Source of the DNA: Candidatus Dadabacteria bacterium | GTDB lineage: Bacteria; Desulfobacterota_D; UBA1144; Nemesobacterales; Mycalebacteriaceae | Assembly: GCA_026708565.1 (NCBI GenBank) | Contig: JAPOUR010000032.1 | Location: 9,081-73,080 of the forward strand | Direction of reading: 5' to 3' | DNA: 64,000 bases | Shown here: piece after piece, positions 17,575-27,543 of the stretch | Layout: each line of letters starts with the position of its first letter | Position numbering within the stretch: the first letter of the stretch is position 1 | Position numbers and translations under genes: made by a program | The notes under the pieces: model-generated | What the model saw: only the letters and a program-made list of their open reading frames with translations | What the model was told of the DNA's origin: nothing | The model's database searches: none

Positions 17575-19146
17575 TTGTCATACCTCGCAACCGCCACAGA
17601 GGGAAACCTTACCCTCATTACATTCCTGCCGCTTGCCGGTGTGTGCGCCCTCGCGCTCTTAGGACTGATATTCCGCCTGTCCGATGAAACATTCAAAAAA
17701 ACCGCCTTCGGCTTGAGCGTGCTGGTTTTTCTTGCGTCAGTCCCGCTTTTCACCAACTTTGAACCGGGCGGCGGAATGCAGTTCACACAAAGCGCGGAAT
17801 GGATGCCGGAGTTGGGGGTTGCCTACGGCCTCGGCGTGGACTGGCTCAGCTTAACGCTGGTTATGCTCACAACCTTCCTTACGCCTTTTGCGATCTTGAG
17901 TTCATGGAACATAGCGGAAAGAAAAACCAAAGAGTTCTTCTCGCTCATTCTGATAATAGAGACGGCGGTTGTCGGCACACTCGCGGCGACCGACATGATT
18001 CTGTTTTTCCTCTTCTGGGAGGCGGCGCTTATCCCGATGTATTTTCTGATAGGCGTGTGGGGAACGGAGCGGAGAGTATATGCGGCGGTAAAGTTTTTCC
18101 TTTATACGGCTTTTGGAAGCGCGCTTATGCTCGGAGCAATCTTTTACCTTTACGCCGCGCGGGTGGAACAGTTTGGCTCGCCGTCAATGGCGATTGAAGA
18201 CCTGGTGGCCGTAACAACCGCTTTTGACGGATTTTTAAGCCCTCAGGGGCTGTTGTTCGCGGCGTTTTTTCTTGCTTTTGCAATCAAAGTTCCAGTCATT
18301 CCGTTTCACACATGGCTGCCGGACGCGCACGTGGAAGCGCCCACGGCGGGCAGCGTTATCCTTGCGGGAATACTGCTCAAACTCGGCGTTTACGGAATTC
18401 TGCGTATGCTGTTTCCCTTCTTTCCGGACGCCTCGGCGGCGTTTATGCCGTTTCTTTCCGCCGCCGCAATTGTGGGAATTATTTACGGCGCAATGGTGGC
18501 GTTCTCCCAGAAAGACCTGAAAAAACTGGTCGCCTACTCAAGCGTGAGCCACATGGGCATAATCGTCCTCGGCTTTACCCTGCCCAACATTCAGGGGGTT
18601 GAAGGCGCGGTTTTTCACATGCTCGCCCACGGGGTTTCAACCGGCTCGCTGTTTATGATGGTGGGAATGATGTATGAGAGAAGGCACTCAAAAAAGATAG
18701 CAGATTTCGGCGGCGTGGCGGCTGTGATGCCCGTGTTTGCGGCGTTTTTCATACTGTTTTCGCTCGCGTCCGCAGGCCTCCCTCTGCTGAGCGGATTTGT
18801 GGGGGAGTTTCTGGTGCTTTTAGGCGCTTTCAGGGAGAGTTATTTGAGCGCGGGCCTTGCCGCAACGGGCATAGTGCTTGGAGCGGTTTACATGCTTAAA
18901 GCCGTTCAAAAGGTGTTTTTCGGGCCCGTGGAGAAAGAGCAAAACAAAAAACTGACCGATTTGACCCTGCGGGAGATTGGAGTGATTTTGCCAATGGCGG
19001 CTATAATAGTTGCGCTTGGCGTGTATCCGAAACCGTTTCTCTCGCGTATTGAGCCGGGAGCAAAGCGGTTTATTGCGGAGTTTGCCGCGCAAACGCAAAC
19101 GGGCAAAATGAAGGCGGAAAAACAGTGGGAATTCAGGAAGCGGTAA
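17575..19146 (+). CDS. NuoM/ND4/MnhD-family proton-pumping antiporter-like membrane subunit, orphaned from any complex I or Mrp partners.
   Basis: Motif WLPDAHVEAPTAGSVILAGILLKLGVYG and about 14 transmembrane helices. No other nuo or mrp genes lie nearby. Confidence 0.75.
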   Translation: MSYLATATEGNLTLITFLPLAGVCALALLGLIFRLSDETFKKTAFGLSVLVFLASVPLFTNFEPGGGMQFTQSAEWMPELGVAYGLGVDWLSLTLVMLTTFLTPFAILSSWNIAERKTKEFFSLILIIETAVVGTLAATDMILFFLFWEAALIPMYFLIGVWGTERRVYAAVKFFLYTAFGSALMLGAIFYLYAARVEQFGSPSMAIEDLVAVTTAFDGFLSPQGLLFAAFFLAFAIKVPVIPFHTWLPDAHVEAPTAGSVILAGILLKLGVYGILRMLFPFFPDASAAFMPFLSAAAIVGIIYGAMVAFSQKDLKKLVAYSSVSHMGIIVLGFTLPNIQGVEGAVFHMLAHGVSTGSLFMMVGMMYERRHSKKIADFGGVAAVMPVFAAFFILFSLASAGLPLLSGFVGEFLVLLGAFRESYLSAGLAATGIVLGAVYMLKAVQKVFFGPVEKEQNKKLTDLTLREIGVILPMAAIIVALGVYPKPFLSRIEPGAKRFIAEFAAQTQTGKMKAEKQWEFRKR

Positions 19147-19682
19147 AACAGATACTGACCGAGATCGGCGAAGACCCGGCAAGGGAGGGGCTTGAAGACA
19201 CCCCGCTCCGCATAGAAAGGATGATGAAAGAGATAACGTCCGGCTATGGGAGCGACCCTATGAAGATCGCCCGCGAAGCCGTCTATGAGATAGATTACGA
19301 TGAGATGGTTATCGTTAAAGACACCGAGTTCTACAGCATGTGCGAGCACCATATGCTTCCCTTTTTCGGAAAATGCCATGTCGCATACATTCCCAACAAA
19401 AAGATTATTGGTTTGAGTAAAATACCGCGCATTATTGAAGTATTTTCAAGACGCTTGCAAGTGCAGGAGAGGATGACGGTTCAAATAGCAAACCTGCTTA
19501 AAGAGGCGCTTTCCCCCAAGGGGGTGGCGGTGGTGGTGAAGGGTTACCACCTCTGCATGGCGATGCGCGGGGTGGAAAAATCCGGAGCGAACATGATAAC
19601 AAGTTCAATGAACGGACTGTTCAGGAGCGACGAGCGGTCGCGCGAGGAGTTTTTGAGCCTTATAAAGGAGACCGGGCTTTGA
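19125..19682 (+). CDS. folE: GTP cyclohydrolase I.
   Basis: Motifs CEHHMLPF and GYHLCMAMRG. GTG start. Confidence 0.85.
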   Translation: MGIQEAVKQILTEIGEDPAREGLEDTPLRIERMMKEITSGYGSDPMKIAREAVYEIDYDEMVIVKDTEFYSMCEHHMLPFFGKCHVAYIPNKKIIGLSKIPRIIEVFSRRLQVQERMTVQIANLLKEALSPKGVAVVVKGYHLCMAMRGVEKSGANMITSSMNGLFRSDERSREEFLSLIKETGL

Positions 19683-21007
19683 CGGACGCCACCGTGATTG
19701 TTTGCGGAATGAGCCACAAAACCTCTCCCGTTGAGGAGCGGGAAAGGGTGTCCGTGGGAGGGGAGGAGGCGACAAGAGAGGCGCTTGGGGCTCTGCTTTC
19801 CCGTGAGTCTGTGGATGAGTGCGTAATAGTCTCCACGTGCAACAGGGTTGAGGTGTATGCCGCGTGTGTGAACGGCGCGGAGTGTTTTGACGCCATAAGC
19901 GAATTTCTTTGCGGAGCGCGGGGCGCGGGCGGTGAAGACAGGTTGTATTTTCTTGAGGGGGCGGAAGCGGCGCGTCATCTTTTCAGGGTGTCCGCCGGGC
20001 TGGACTCCATGGTCGTGGGAGAACCGCAAATTTTAGGGCAACTCCGGCGGGCGTATGAAACGGCGCGCGCGGAGGGGGCGACGGGGGCGGCGCTGAACAT
20101 ACTTTTTCAGAGCGCGTTTTCATCGGCGAAGAAAATTAAAAACGAAACCGGCATCGGCTCACACACGGCATCGGTCAGTTCGGTCGCCATTAAACTGGCG
20201 AGAAACATCTTTGGCGACATCTCAAGTTGCTCGGTGATGGTTGTGGGAACGGGCGAAGCGGCAGCCGATGCGGCGGCGCAGCTCGCAAAGAGAGGCGCGG
20301 GCGAAATCCGCATCGCCGCAAGAGACCCGAAAGAGGGCGCAAAACTGGCGGCAATCGTGGGCGGGAAACCCGTCTCAATGGCGGAGATAGGTTTGTGGAT
20401 AAGAAAAACCGACATAGTGATTTCCGCCACCGGCTCATCCAACTACATACTGAAAACCGAAGATCTGGAAGACGCGATGAAACTGAGAAAAAACAAGCCC
20501 GTCTCCCTGATAGACATCGCAGTCCCCAGAGACATAGACCCCGCCGTCCGGGGCATCGGGGGCGTTTTTCTTTACGATATGGACGACCTTCAGAATTTCG
20601 TTGAAAAAAACCGCGACACCCTGCGCCGCAACCTCGGCAGGGCGGAGGAAATGGCGAAAAATGAGAGCCTCAAATTCACATCCCGGCGCGGAGGGCTCAA
20701 GGCGTTTCCCCTCATCGTGGAACTCAGAAAAAAGGCGCGCGCGGTCGTGCGGGAGGAAACCGTCAAAACATTGTCAAAGCTGGATTCACTTGAGCAAAGG
20801 GGCGGCGAAAAAGAGCGGAGGGAACGGCTTATATGGCAACTTTCCGAAACCCTTATGGAGAAATTTCTGCACGCTCCAATGACAAAACTTAAAATGGAAA
20901 CGGCAAACTCCGAAGACAAAAACGCCTATGCGGAGACGGTCAAAACCCTCTTTGACCTGTCCGGGGAACTGTCGGCAGATGAAGATAAAGATAGGAAGCA
21001 GGGGTAG
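19679..21007 (+). CDS. hemA: Glutamyl-tRNA reductase.
   Basis: Motif VSTCNRVEVY and a Rossmann motif VVGTGEAA. Confidence 0.85.
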   Translation: MTDATVIVCGMSHKTSPVEERERVSVGGEEATREALGALLSRESVDECVIVSTCNRVEVYAACVNGAECFDAISEFLCGARGAGGEDRLYFLEGAEAARHLFRVSAGLDSMVVGEPQILGQLRRAYETARAEGATGAALNILFQSAFSSAKKIKNETGIGSHTASVSSVAIKLARNIFGDISSCSVMVVGTGEAAADAAAQLAKRGAGEIRIAARDPKEGAKLAAIVGGKPVSMAEIGLWIRKTDIVISATGSSNYILKTEDLEDAMKLRKNKPVSLIDIAVPRDIDPAVRGIGGVFLYDMDDLQNFVEKNRDTLRRNLGRAEEMAKNESLKFTSRRGGLKAFPLIVELRKKARAVVREETVKTLSKLDSLEQRGGEKERRERLIWQLSETLMEKFLHAPMTKLKMETANSEDKNAYAETVKTLFDLSGELSADEDKDRKQG

Positions 21008-21860
21008 CCCTCTCGCTAAAATTCAGGCGGCGCAGACGGGCGCGCTTTTGACAAAACAGTTCCCCGGACTTAAAACGGAATTTGTTTTTATAAAAACCTC
21101 CGGCGACCGCCGGGGAGCGCCCATAGGCGGCAAGGGCGCGTTTGTGCGGGAGATAGAAGAGGCGCTTGCCTCCGGCGCGGTGGACATCGCCGTCCACAGT
21201 ATGAAAGACATGCCCTCCGCCCTGCCGGACGGCCTCGCCATAGGCGCCGTTCCCCCCCGCGCCGACCCTTCGGACTGCGTTGTTTTTCCGGACGGCGCGG
21301 ACGGCTCTCTGAAAAAAGGCGCGCGCGTGGGCACGGCAAGCCTGAGGAGAAGCTGCCAGGTGCTCGCCATGCGCCCGGATGTTTCCGTTCTTCCGGTGAG
21401 GGGAAACGTGGGGACGCGCATAGACAAAATGAACGCGGGGGAGTTTGACGCGCTTGTTCTCGCAAGCGCGGCCCTTGACAGGCTGGATATGACGGGGCGG
21501 GCGGGCTTGAGATTTAACCCGGCGGAGTTTGTGCCCGCGCCGGGGCAGGGGGCTCTCGCCGTTGAATGCCGCGAGGATGACGCGCAAACCCGCGAGTGGC
21601 TGAGCGCGATTGAGTGCGCGGAGTCGCAAATGTGCGTTGGCATTGAAAGGCAGTTTCTCGCGCGTCTGGGGGGTGACTGTTCCGTTCCCGCCGGTTGCCA
21701 CGCGCGCCGCAGCGGCGGCAAAATAGAGGTTGTCGCCGTGCTCGCCGCAGACGGGCGGGGGGAGGTTCACCGGGAAACGGCGGTTGCGGAAGAGGCGGAC
21801 TGCGGGCGGGTCGGGGCGGAGATCGCGGAAAGAGTGATGTTAAAAGCGGGCGGGCATTGA
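20979..21860 (+). CDS. hemC: Porphobilinogen deaminase (hydroxymethylbilane synthase).
   Basis: N-terminus MKIKIGSRGSPLAKIQ. It overlaps the hemA 3' end by 29 bp. Confidence 0.8.
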   Translation: MKIKIGSRGSPLAKIQAAQTGALLTKQFPGLKTEFVFIKTSGDRRGAPIGGKGAFVREIEEALASGAVDIAVHSMKDMPSALPDGLAIGAVPPRADPSDCVVFPDGADGSLKKGARVGTASLRRSCQVLAMRPDVSVLPVRGNVGTRIDKMNAGEFDALVLASAALDRLDMTGRAGLRFNPAEFVPAPGQGALAVECREDDAQTREWLSAIECAESQMCVGIERQFLARLGGDCSVPAGCHARRSGGKIEVVAVLAADGRGEVHRETAVAEEADCGRVGAEIAERVMLKAGGH

Positions 21861-21896
21861 CCGGGGCGGGCTGCTTGAGTAGAATGTTCCAACTGG

Positions 21897-21973
<77 letters not shown>

Positions 21974-21986
21974 ATAATCTCCAGCA

Positions 21987-22205
21987 ATGTCATTTGAGAA
22001 AAAACTTCAAAAAATAGAGGAAATTTCACGTTCCCTTGAAAACAAGGAAGTTCCCCTTGAAAAAATGATAGAAAACTTTGAGCGGGGCGTCCGCCTCATA
22101 AAAGAGTGCCGCCTTATGCTTGAAGAAACCTCAAAAAAAATTGAGGCACTCGGCGACAAAACGACCGGCGACAAGGCGGACATTCCCGCAAAACGGAAAA
22201 AGTGA
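21987..22205 (+). CDS. xseB: Exodeoxyribonuclease VII small subunit.
   Basis: 72 aa beginning MSFEKKLQKIEEISRSLENKEVPLEKMIENFERGVRL. Confidence 0.8.
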   Translation: MSFEKKLQKIEEISRSLENKEVPLEKMIENFERGVRLIKECRLMLEETSKKIEALGDKTTGDKADIPAKRKK

Positions 22206-23008
22206 AACAGCCGCCATCCGAAATTGACGGTTACATGGACGACCGCAGAAAGCGGGTCGGACAAAAACTTGAGGAATACATCGCCTCGGTGAGGGAAAAA
22301 CATTCCGGGCTTGCGGACGCGGTCTCCCACATCCTGAGAAACGGGAAAAAAATAAGGCCCGTTCTGTGCATGGCGGCGTGCGAATCCGTGGGCGGGCGGG
22401 CGGAAGCCGCCATGCCCGCCGCGTGCGCCATAGAGATGATTCACACCTACTCGCTCATACACGATGACCTGCCCTCAATGGACAATGACGACATGAGGAG
22501 GGGGCTTCCCTCAACCCACAAAAAATTCGGAGAGGCGGCGGCGATTCTCGCGGGCGACCTGCTGCTTACGGATTCTTTCGGTTTTCTCGCCTCGGAGGGA
22601 AGGGCGGCGGGGCTTGCGGACTCAACTTTGCTTGAGATGGTGCGGGTAATTTCGTCCGGCGCGGGGCGGGCGGGCATGGCGGTGGGGCAGATGATGGACC
22701 TTGAGGGAAGGGGGGGAGAGGAGAGTGTTCACCGCTTGAAAACCGGCTCGCTCATTGAGGCGGCGGTGCTGTGCGGCGCGCTTGCGGGCGGGGCGGATGA
22801 AAAACAGACCGCCGCTCTGTCGGGATATGCGCGCGCTACCGGAATGGCATTTCAGGCGGTTGATGACTTGCTGGATACCGGCGAAGGAAAAATGAGGGAA
22901 AGGGCAAGGGAACTTTCACGCGAGGCGGTCGGCAAACTTGAGGATTTTGACGGTGATAAGTCCGTCCTTGCCGGGCTTGCCCTGCGCCTCTGCGAGCGCA
23001 CGGGGTAG
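22202..23008 (+). CDS. ispA: Polyprenyl diphosphate synthase, a geranyl/farnesyl diphosphate synthase of the IspA type.
   Basis: Motif IHTYSLIHDDLPSMDNDDMRRG (DDxxD), with a second Asp-rich motif AFQAVDDLLD. The xseB-ispA gene order is conserved. Confidence 0.8.
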   Translation: MKQPPSEIDGYMDDRRKRVGQKLEEYIASVREKHSGLADAVSHILRNGKKIRPVLCMAACESVGGRAEAAMPAACAIEMIHTYSLIHDDLPSMDNDDMRRGLPSTHKKFGEAAAILAGDLLLTDSFGFLASEGRAAGLADSTLLEMVRVISSGAGRAGMAVGQMMDLEGRGGEESVHRLKTGSLIEAAVLCGALAGGADEKQTAALSGYARATGMAFQAVDDLLDTGEGKMRERARELSREAVGKLEDFDGDKSVLAGLALRLCERTG

Positions 23009-23018
23009 AAAACCCCCG

Positions 23019-23666
23019 CTATTTCTTTTTCTTCCAGTCGGAAAGAAACCTTTCAAGGCCCGCGTCTGAAAGCGGATGCTTGAACATCTGCATTAAAACC
23101 TTGTGCGGAAGCGTTACAACATCCGCCGCCGCAAGGGCGGACTCAACCACATGCATCGGATGGCGCACACTTGCCACAAGCACTTCGGTGGCAAAATCGT
23201 AGTTGTCAAAAATCTGCGAGATGTCTTCCACAAGTTCCATTCCCGAAGTTGACACATCGTCCAGCCGCCCGATGAACGGGCTCACATAAGCCGCGCCCGC
23301 CTTGGCGGCAAGAAGCGCCTGCGAGGGCGTGAAAACAAGGGTTACATTCACCTTTATCCCCTCGGAAGCGAGGGTTTTTGTCGCCTTCACACCGTTTTCC
23401 GTGAGCGGCATTTTGACCACAACAAACTGGTCTATGAGGGCGAGTTTGCGCCCCTCCGCCACCATGTCGCGGTAGTTTGTTGATATGACCTCGGCGCTGA
23501 CCGGCCCCTTGACGATGCCGCATATCTGTTTGACCAGCGCGGCAAAAGACTTCTGCCCGCCCTCGTTTGAAACAAGGCTGGGGTTGGTCGTTACGCCGTC
23601 TATAACTCCGAGAGAAGCCGCGTGCCTTATCTCTTTGAGATTTGCCGAATCAAGAAAAATTTTCAT
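23019..23666 (-). CDS. tal: Transaldolase of the short TalC/FSA family.
   Basis: 215 aa, beginning MKIFLDSANLKEIRHAASLGVIDGVTTNPSL. Confidence 0.8.
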   Translation of the reverse strand: MKIFLDSANLKEIRHAASLGVIDGVTTNPSLVSNEGGQKSFAALVKQICGIVKGPVSAEVISTNYRDMVAEGRKLALIDQFVVVKMPLTENGVKATKTLASEGIKVNVTLVFTPSQALLAAKAGAAYVSPFIGRLDDVSTSGMELVEDISQIFDNYDFATEVLVASVRHPMHVVESALAAADVVTLPHKVLMQMFKHPLSDAGLERFLSDWKKKK

Positions 23667-23768
23667 AACCGCCTCCTTTGCGTCCGCTCATTCTACCACA
23701 AAACGGCATACCGCTTGACAAACCGGACGCGCGGCATCATACTTTGCGCCTGTCAAGAGACACCTGCA

Positions 23769-24095
23769 ATGGCGCTGAGAATAAAATCCGCAAAGAAAAA
23801 ACACAGGCAGAGCCTCAAGAGAAGGGCAAGAAACAGGTTTGTGAAATCATCCTTGAAAACCAAAACAAAAGGTTTTCTCCAAGCCGTTGAAGCAAAAGAC
23901 TTTGCCGCCGCCGACTCCGTTTTCAAGGGTCTCGTATCGGCGTTTGACAAAGCGGCCTCAAAGGGCGTCATACACAAAAGAAACGCTTCCAGAAATGTGG
24001 CGAGAATGTCGCGCAAACTCCATGCGCTTTCGGCGTCCGCCCCCCCTGCGGCATCCGCTCCGGCGGAGGAAAGCGCCGCTACCCCAGCAGATTAA
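23769..24095 (+). CDS. rpsT: 30S ribosomal protein S20.
   Basis: MALRIKSAKKKHRQSLKRRARNRFVKSSLKT matches the S20 N-terminus. The longer ORF-track start is rejected. Confidence 0.8.
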   Translation: MALRIKSAKKKHRQSLKRRARNRFVKSSLKTKTKGFLQAVEAKDFAAADSVFKGLVSAFDKAASKGVIHKRNASRNVARMSRKLHALSASAPPAASAPAEESAATPAD

Positions 24096-25056
24096 CCACC
24101 ATCCGGGTGAGCGCATCATAGCCTCCGGAGCGCGAGGTTTTCAGGGCTTTGTCCGCCTCGGCAAGGCTTGCCACCGCGCGCGCCGCCGCGCCGCGCGGAA
24201 AGTTTGCCGTCTGCTTCCATATATAATGGGCGGCTCCCGGTTTGACTTTCAACTCCTTCGCTATCAGTTTTTTCTGCTCTTCGGGCGGAGAGCCCTTGGC
24301 GCTCTCCCTCACGCATGACGCCCTCAGTATGTTCCTTATCCTTGACGACACAACGGACAGTATGAGAAGCGGCTCGGTCTGATTGCGGAAAGCCATCTCC
24401 GAAAGGATTGAAAGGGCTTCGCCTTTTTTGCCGTCCGCAATGGCGTTGACGAGTTCAAAGGTGTCTCTGTCCGTGCGTTTTTGGAGCGCCCCGTCTATCT
24501 CGCTAACGCCCACACGCGCCCCCGCGCCGTAAACTTCGGAGAGTTTGACAAGTTCGCTTTTGATAACCGCCAAATCTTCGCCCGCCAGTTCGCAAAGGCG
24601 TTCCGCGGCGGGGCGTTTCATATCAAGCCCCGCGGCGCGGGCTTCTTCAACCACCCGCTCCGCAACCTTTCGCGGGTCTTGCTCGGCCTGTTTGACCACA
24701 ACCCCGTCATCGGGCTTGAGGGCGGGTTTTGACGGGTCGGAGGATACAAGAATCAGGCAGGTGTGAGAGCAGGGCGCGGCGCAATACCGCTTGACGAGTT
24801 CCAGCGATTTTTTGTCAAGGGATTCGGCGCGTTTCAGCACGACAACCTTTTTCGGCGAAAACATGGAGGGCGTGGAAACATTTGAGAGAACCTCGCCGAC
24901 CGGGGTTTCATCCGCATAAAACACCGCCGTGTCAGGCGATTCGGACTGTCCAAGAAAACGGGCGGAAATCTCTTCCGTGAACCTGTCGGCAAGAAGCGTC
25001 TGGCCGCCCCTTATCAGGCAGACCGGGCTTCCGGCGGTTGAAGAGTCTTTTTTCAA
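24079..25056 (-). CDS. holA: DNA polymerase III delta subunit.
   Basis: 325 aa with delta-subunit N- and C-domain similarity (LIRGGQ...). Convergent with rpsT. Confidence 0.65.
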   Translation of the reverse strand: MKKDSSTAGSPVCLIRGGQTLLADRFTEEISARFLGQSESPDTAVFYADETPVGEVLSNVSTPSMFSPKKVVVLKRAESLDKKSLELVKRYCAAPCSHTCLILVSSDPSKPALKPDDGVVVKQAEQDPRKVAERVVEEARAAGLDMKRPAAERLCELAGEDLAVIKSELVKLSEVYGAGARVGVSEIDGALQKRTDRDTFELVNAIADGKKGEALSILSEMAFRNQTEPLLILSVVSSRIRNILRASCVRESAKGSPPEEQKKLIAKELKVKPGAAHYIWKQTANFPRGAAARAVASLAEADKALKTSRSGGYDALTRMVVNLLG

Positions 25057-25065
25057 TATCCCGTC

Positions 25066-25479
25066 TCAGAAAATTTCAAGGCGGTTGAAGAAGTAACTGA
25101 TCTCCCTTTCAGCGGACTGCGGGCTGTCTGAGCCGTGAACGACATTTCTTTCAACGCTTTCGGCGTGCAGTTTTCTGATGGTTCCGTCATCCGCCTCGGC
25201 GGGGTTGGTCGCCCCCATTATCTTTCTGACCTTTGCAATGGCGTCTTCTCCCCTCAAGACCATCACAACGCACGGGCCGGACGACATAAAATCGGTGAGG
25301 CTCGCAAAAAACGGGCGTTCCGAATGCTCGGCGTAAAAGCCCTTTGCCCGCTCTCCATCCATCCGTATCATCTTCATTGCCGCCACGGACAGGCCGTTTT
25401 CCTCAAAAGTTCCGATAACTTTCCCAATTAAGTTTCTTGATGTGCCGTCAGGCTTGACGATTGAAAGCGTCTGCTCCAT
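25066..25479 (-). CDS. ndk: Nucleoside diphosphate kinase.
   Basis: [12 protein letters not shown]...NVVHGSDS. An AGGAGA ribosome-binding site lies 8 nt upstream of the ATG at 25479. The 75-aa ORF-track extension is rejected. Confidence 0.85.
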   Translation of the reverse strand: MEQTLSIVKPDGTSRNLIGKVIGTFEENGLSVAAMKMIRMDGERAKGFYAEHSERPFFASLTDFMSSGPCVVMVLRGEDAIAKVRKIMGATNPAEADDGTIRKLHAESVERNVVHGSDSPQSAEREISYFFNRLEIF

Positions 25480-25629
25480 TTTCCTTTCTCCTGTTGAACC
25501 CGCTTCGGGCGGGAATTTTCCCACTATATTAACAGCGCGCTCCGCTTTGACAAACGCCCCCGCCCGGACTGCTCCGCTTGACTGCGGGGGGCTTCGGCTG
25601 TAGATTTCGCCCTTCTCTGGAGGAGCACA

Positions 25630-26220
25630 TTGGAAAAAAAATTCATCATCCCTCATGAGCACGCCGTAACAAAAGCGGACAGAAGAGAGGCAAGCGGGCA
25701 CGGCTCGCTTGTTGTCTGGTTCACCGGGCTTCCTTCGTCCGGAAAGTCAACGCTGGCGGGCGAGGTTCAGAAGAAACTTATGGAGCGGGGCGTGCGAACC
25801 TACATTCTTGACGGCGACAACATACGGATGGGGCTGTGCAAGGGGCTGGGGTTTTCCGAAGAGGACCGCGCCGAGAACATAAGAAGAATCGGAGAGGTTT
25901 CAAAGTTGTTTGTTGATGCCGGTGTGGTAACGCTTTCGGCGTTTGTCTCCCCCTACATAAAAGACAGGGACGGGGTGAGGGCGCTGCTTGAAGACGGCGA
26001 ATTTGTTGAGGTGTTTGTGCGCTGCCCCGTTGAAGAGTGCGAAAAGAGGGATGTGAAGGGCCTTTACAAAAAAGCCAGAGCCGGAGAAATCAAAGGGTTT
26101 ACCGGCATTGACGACCCGTATGAAGAGCCCCCCTCTCCGGAGATAATTGTTGATACTGACAAGGAAACCCTTGAGCAGTCCGCAGACAAGGTCTGCGATT
26201 TCATCAAAGACAGAATCTGA
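25630..26220 (+). CDS. cysC: Adenylylsulfate (APS) kinase.
   Basis: P-loop [21 protein letters not shown] ribosome-binding site lies 6 nt before the TTG start. Confidence 0.8.
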   Translation: MEKKFIIPHEHAVTKADRREASGHGSLVVWFTGLPSSGKSTLAGEVQKKLMERGVRTYILDGDNIRMGLCKGLGFSEEDRAENIRRIGEVSKLFVDAGVVTLSAFVSPYIKDRDGVRALLEDGEFVEVFVRCPVEECEKRDVKGLYKKARAGEIKGFTGIDDPYEEPPSPEIIVDTDKETLEQSADKVCDFIKDRI

Positions 26221-26281
26221 AAAAGGGCGCGGGCGCGCCGCTTGCCGCCGGGTGTTTTGCCCATTATTCTCAAAGTGAACC

Positions 26282-27538
26282 ATGCCGGACGCTCCCTCAA
26301 TGAAAAACATCGCCGCCGAAGCCCGTCGGGCAACTTCGGCGCTGGCGGTTCTTGACCCGCAAACCAAAAACAAAGCGCTTGAAGCGGTCGCCTCGGCTCT
26401 GCTCGCGGGGCGCGAAAACATAATGCGCGAAAACGCCGAAGACTTGGCGCGGGCGAAAAAGAACGGCATGTCCGCCGCGATGATTGACCGCCTTGCCATT
26501 GATGACAAAAGGTTAACAGCCATGGCGCGGGGAATACGGCAAGTGGCGGCTCTGGAAGACCCTGTGGGAAAAACCGCGCCGTTTTCAACAAGGCCCAACG
26601 GTTTGCGCGTTGAGAAGATGAGAATTCCCCTCGGTGTAATCGGGATTGTCTATGAGTCAAGGCCGAACGTTACGGCGGATGCGGCGGCGTTGTGCCTCAA
26701 GTCCGGCAATGCGGTAATCCTGAGAGGCGGGTCGGAGGCGCTCCGTTCAAACATTGCAATCGGAGAGGTCATAAGAGACTGCTTAAAAGAAAACGGCGTC
26801 CCGCCCGCGGCGGTGAGTGTTGTGCCCGATGCGGACAGAAAACTGGTTCTTGACATGCTCAAACTGGACGGCTTCATAGATTTAATCATCCCGCGCGGCG
26901 GGCAGGCGCTCATAGAGTTTGTTGTGGAAAACTCCGCGATACCGGTATTGAAGCATTACAAGGGGGTGTGTCATGTTTTTGTTGACGAGTTTGCCGACAT
27001 CCCCATGGCGGTTGATATATGCGTAAATGCAAAGGTTCAGCGTCCGGGCGTCTGCAACGCGATGGAAACAATGCTTGTGGATGAAAAGATAGCGGCGGAA
27101 TTTCTTCCCGCCGTCTGGAATGAGTTAAGGGAAAAAGGCGTCTCATTAAAGGGGTGTCCGGAGACGTGTTCAATAATTCCCGATGCCGCGCCCGCAACTG
27201 ATGAGGATTGGGACACTGAATATCTTGCCCCCGTTTTGAATGCGCGGGTGGTTAAAGGCGTTGGCGGGGCAATGGAGCACATAGCCGCGCACGGTTCAAT
27301 GCACACGGACTGCATTGTTACGGAAGACGGGGGCAACGCCCGCCGGTTTCTGCGCGGTGTGGAGTCATCTGCGGTTATGCATAATGCGTCCACGCGCTTT
27401 AATGACGGCTTTGAACTCGGAATGGGGGCGGAGATAGGGATAAGCACCACAAAGATTCACGCCTTCGGCCCGATGGGGCTTGAGGAATTGACTTCGGAGA
27501 AGTTTATTGTCAGAGGGGAAGGGCAGGTTAGGGAGTAG
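26282..27538 (+). CDS. proA: Gamma-glutamyl phosphate reductase.
   Basis: 418 aa with ProA family similarity throughout. Confidence 0.85.
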   Translation: MPDAPSMKNIAAEARRATSALAVLDPQTKNKALEAVASALLAGRENIMRENAEDLARAKKNGMSAAMIDRLAIDDKRLTAMARGIRQVAALEDPVGKTAPFSTRPNGLRVEKMRIPLGVIGIVYESRPNVTADAAALCLKSGNAVILRGGSEALRSNIAIGEVIRDCLKENGVPPAAVSVVPDADRKLVLDMLKLDGFIDLIIPRGGQALIEFVVENSAIPVLKHYKGVCHVFVDEFADIPMAVDICVNAKVQRPGVCNAMETMLVDEKIAAEFLPAVWNELREKGVSLKGCPETCSIIPDAAPATDEDWDTEYLAPVLNARVVKGVGGAMEHIAAHGSMHTDCIVTEDGGNARRFLRGVESSAVMHNASTRFNDGFELGMGAEIGISTTKIHAFGPMGLEELTSEKFIVRGEGQVRE

Positions 27539-27543
27539 CCTTG

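Noticed and set aside
20940-21770. A 276-aa minus-strand ORF and overlapping Arg-rich ORFs antisense to hemC.
   Set aside because: Antisense to a well-supported hemC, with typical GC-rich spurious frames.
21874-21896. Putative promoter TTGAGT/TAGAAT upstream of the initiator tRNA.
   Set aside because: The two hexamers are directly adjacent with no spacer, so they do not form a functional -35/-10 pair.
25480-25701. A 75-aa N-terminal extension of ndk, and similar long ORF-track extensions on rpsT, pepT, hemC, nfeD and icd.
   Set aside because: Internal ATGs with good AGGAG-type ribosome-binding sites coincide with the conserved family N-termini. The extensions are just open upstream frames.
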